Shown here piece by piece: positions 62,946 to 64,000 of a DNA stretch of 64,000 nucleotides (positions are counted from its first letter, which is position 1; each line of letters starts with the position of its first letter). Position numbers and translations under genes: made by a program. Source of the DNA: a virus (taxonomy: Duplodnaviria > Caudoviricetes). Under the pieces are notes generated by a model. It had not been told where the DNA came from and did no database searches. It was given only the letters and a program-made list of their open reading frames with translations. Location: positions 195,308 to 259,307 of IMG/VR virus record IMGVR_UViG_3300021255_004000; one strand, 5' to 3'.

Positions 62946-64000
62946 ATGGGCAAACTTAATGAAAAAAGAATTGAACTCAATAATCCATACCCAGTGAGCA
63001 AGAAAGAAATTATTGATCTTGTTGAACGCTCAAGTAGATTAGTTCACACAGCCACTGATGATAAAACAATTCAGCTTTACATTTATTCAAACGGAAGTGA
63101 GAGACCTGAAGCTTTTGCTGAAGTTGAGATTACTTCTGTAGGATATATTCTTCACGGCGCTGAAGGATATGATTATCAAGGAAGCTCTATGAAAGAGTTT
63201 GAAGAAGACCTTAAAGATGTTGTCTTTAACTTTGACGCAACCACATCAAGAAGAATTGGTGAAAGCAACACTATAAATAAAGAAAACTTGTTTGAAAGTC
63301 TTCTTAATGAAGCTGAAACTACAAAGTATATGGCGTGCTGCTATGACCCAGAAGATTACTACGAAGAAACAAATTACATTGATGAAGATGGTGAATTAAG
63401 CTGCAATTCTTCAGGCGCAAAGTTGTTTAACACTGAAGACGAAGCTATTGAATATGCTGATGAAAATAAGCCTATTGGCTGGATGTCATTTGCTATGCCT
63501 TTTAACACCACGCTTAAAGAAGGCCGCGTTTCATTAGATGATAAAATAAAAATAATTGAAAGATTTAAGGCTTACTGCATTAAGTATGAAGTAGATGCAC
63601 AGCCTGTTGGCGAATGCTCTGATGGTATTTATGTGTATTGTAACAATCCTGATGATGTTAAAAGAATTATTAAAGATTGGAGAGAAAAAGGATTTGGTGC
63701 TGTAAGTGACGGCCAAAAAGTCAACATTTACAAAAAGTCAAGCACAATTTTAGAATCTGATGATACATATAAAGCAAAAGTAAATGGCAAGTGGCTTAAA
63801 GGCAACAAGCTTGTAAAAGACAAGAAAGATGCTGATACTTTTGAGTCAAAAACAGAACCTACACAGCGTATCAACCAAATGAAAAAAGATGGTAAAATAA
63901 ATAAAAATGCAAAGCCTACTATTATGAAGGAATATGTTTCCAATCAAATAACAAATACATTTATGAGACACGGTGTTGAAAAATACTTCCACGAATATAT
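62946..64000 (+). CDS. modular late protein, runs off the window end (not in the ORF track)
   Basis: MGKLNEKRIELNNPYP...ENLFESLLNEA...TLKEG...ILES; ACTAATT motif plus GAGGA RBS. Confidence 0.7.
   Translation, partial: MGKLNEKRIELNNPYPVSKKEIIDLVERSSRLVHTATDDKTIQLYIYSNGSERPEAFAEVEITSVGYILHGAEGYDYQGSSMKEFEEDLKDVVFNFDATTSRRIGESNTINKENLFESLLNEAETTKYMACCYDPEDYYEETNYIDEDGELSCNSSGAKLFNTEDEAIEYADENKPIGWMSFAMPFNTTLKEGRVSLDDKIKIIERFKAYCIKYEVDAQPVGECSDGIYVYCNNPDDVKRIIKDWREKGFGAVSDGQKVNIYKKSSTILESDDTYKAKVNGKWLKGNKLVKDKKDADTFESKTEPTQRINQMKKDGKINKNAKPTIMKEYVSNQITNTFMRHGVEKYFHEY

Noticed and set aside
1-64000. Stop-codon reassignment, as in some large gut phages
   Set aside because: Standard-code ORFs are long and tile the window, and the split genes are not separated by single in-frame stops

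Overview
This is a 64-kb, AT-rich, gene-dense fragment of a large T4-like (myovirus/jumbo-type) phage, read in the standard genetic code. It carries a major capsid protein, portal, baseplate, tail-tube paralogs, UvsX/RecA, an SNF2 helicase, 5'-3' exonuclease, Mre11-like nuclease and dUTPase. The host is most likely a Treponema-like spirochete, because the phage encodes both a Treponema-type flagellar core protein (FlaB) and a sheath protein (FlaA). Main points of interest: (1) phage-encoded FlaA+FlaB under phage-type promoters, with CsrA-like GGA hairpins in the flaB leader; (2) a complete deamidating NAD+ salvage pathway (pncA, pncB, nadD, nadE, plus a Nudix hydrolase) that differs from NARP1/NARP2; (3) a candidate DNA sugar-hypermodification cluster (T4 beta-glucosyltransferase-like GT, NTP-transferase/kinase fusion, KdsC-like phosphatase, dNMP kinase); (4) split genes: a permuted family-A DNA polymerase whose motif-A piece is absent from the window, a C-terminal-only NAD ligase, and a possibly split rIIA; (5) a readable regulatory code with three promoter classes, leaderless starts, SD-masking hairpins, a thrice-repeated 26-34 bp element and a ~100-nt structured sRNA candidate. 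All calls come from motif recognition by eye; no database searches were run.
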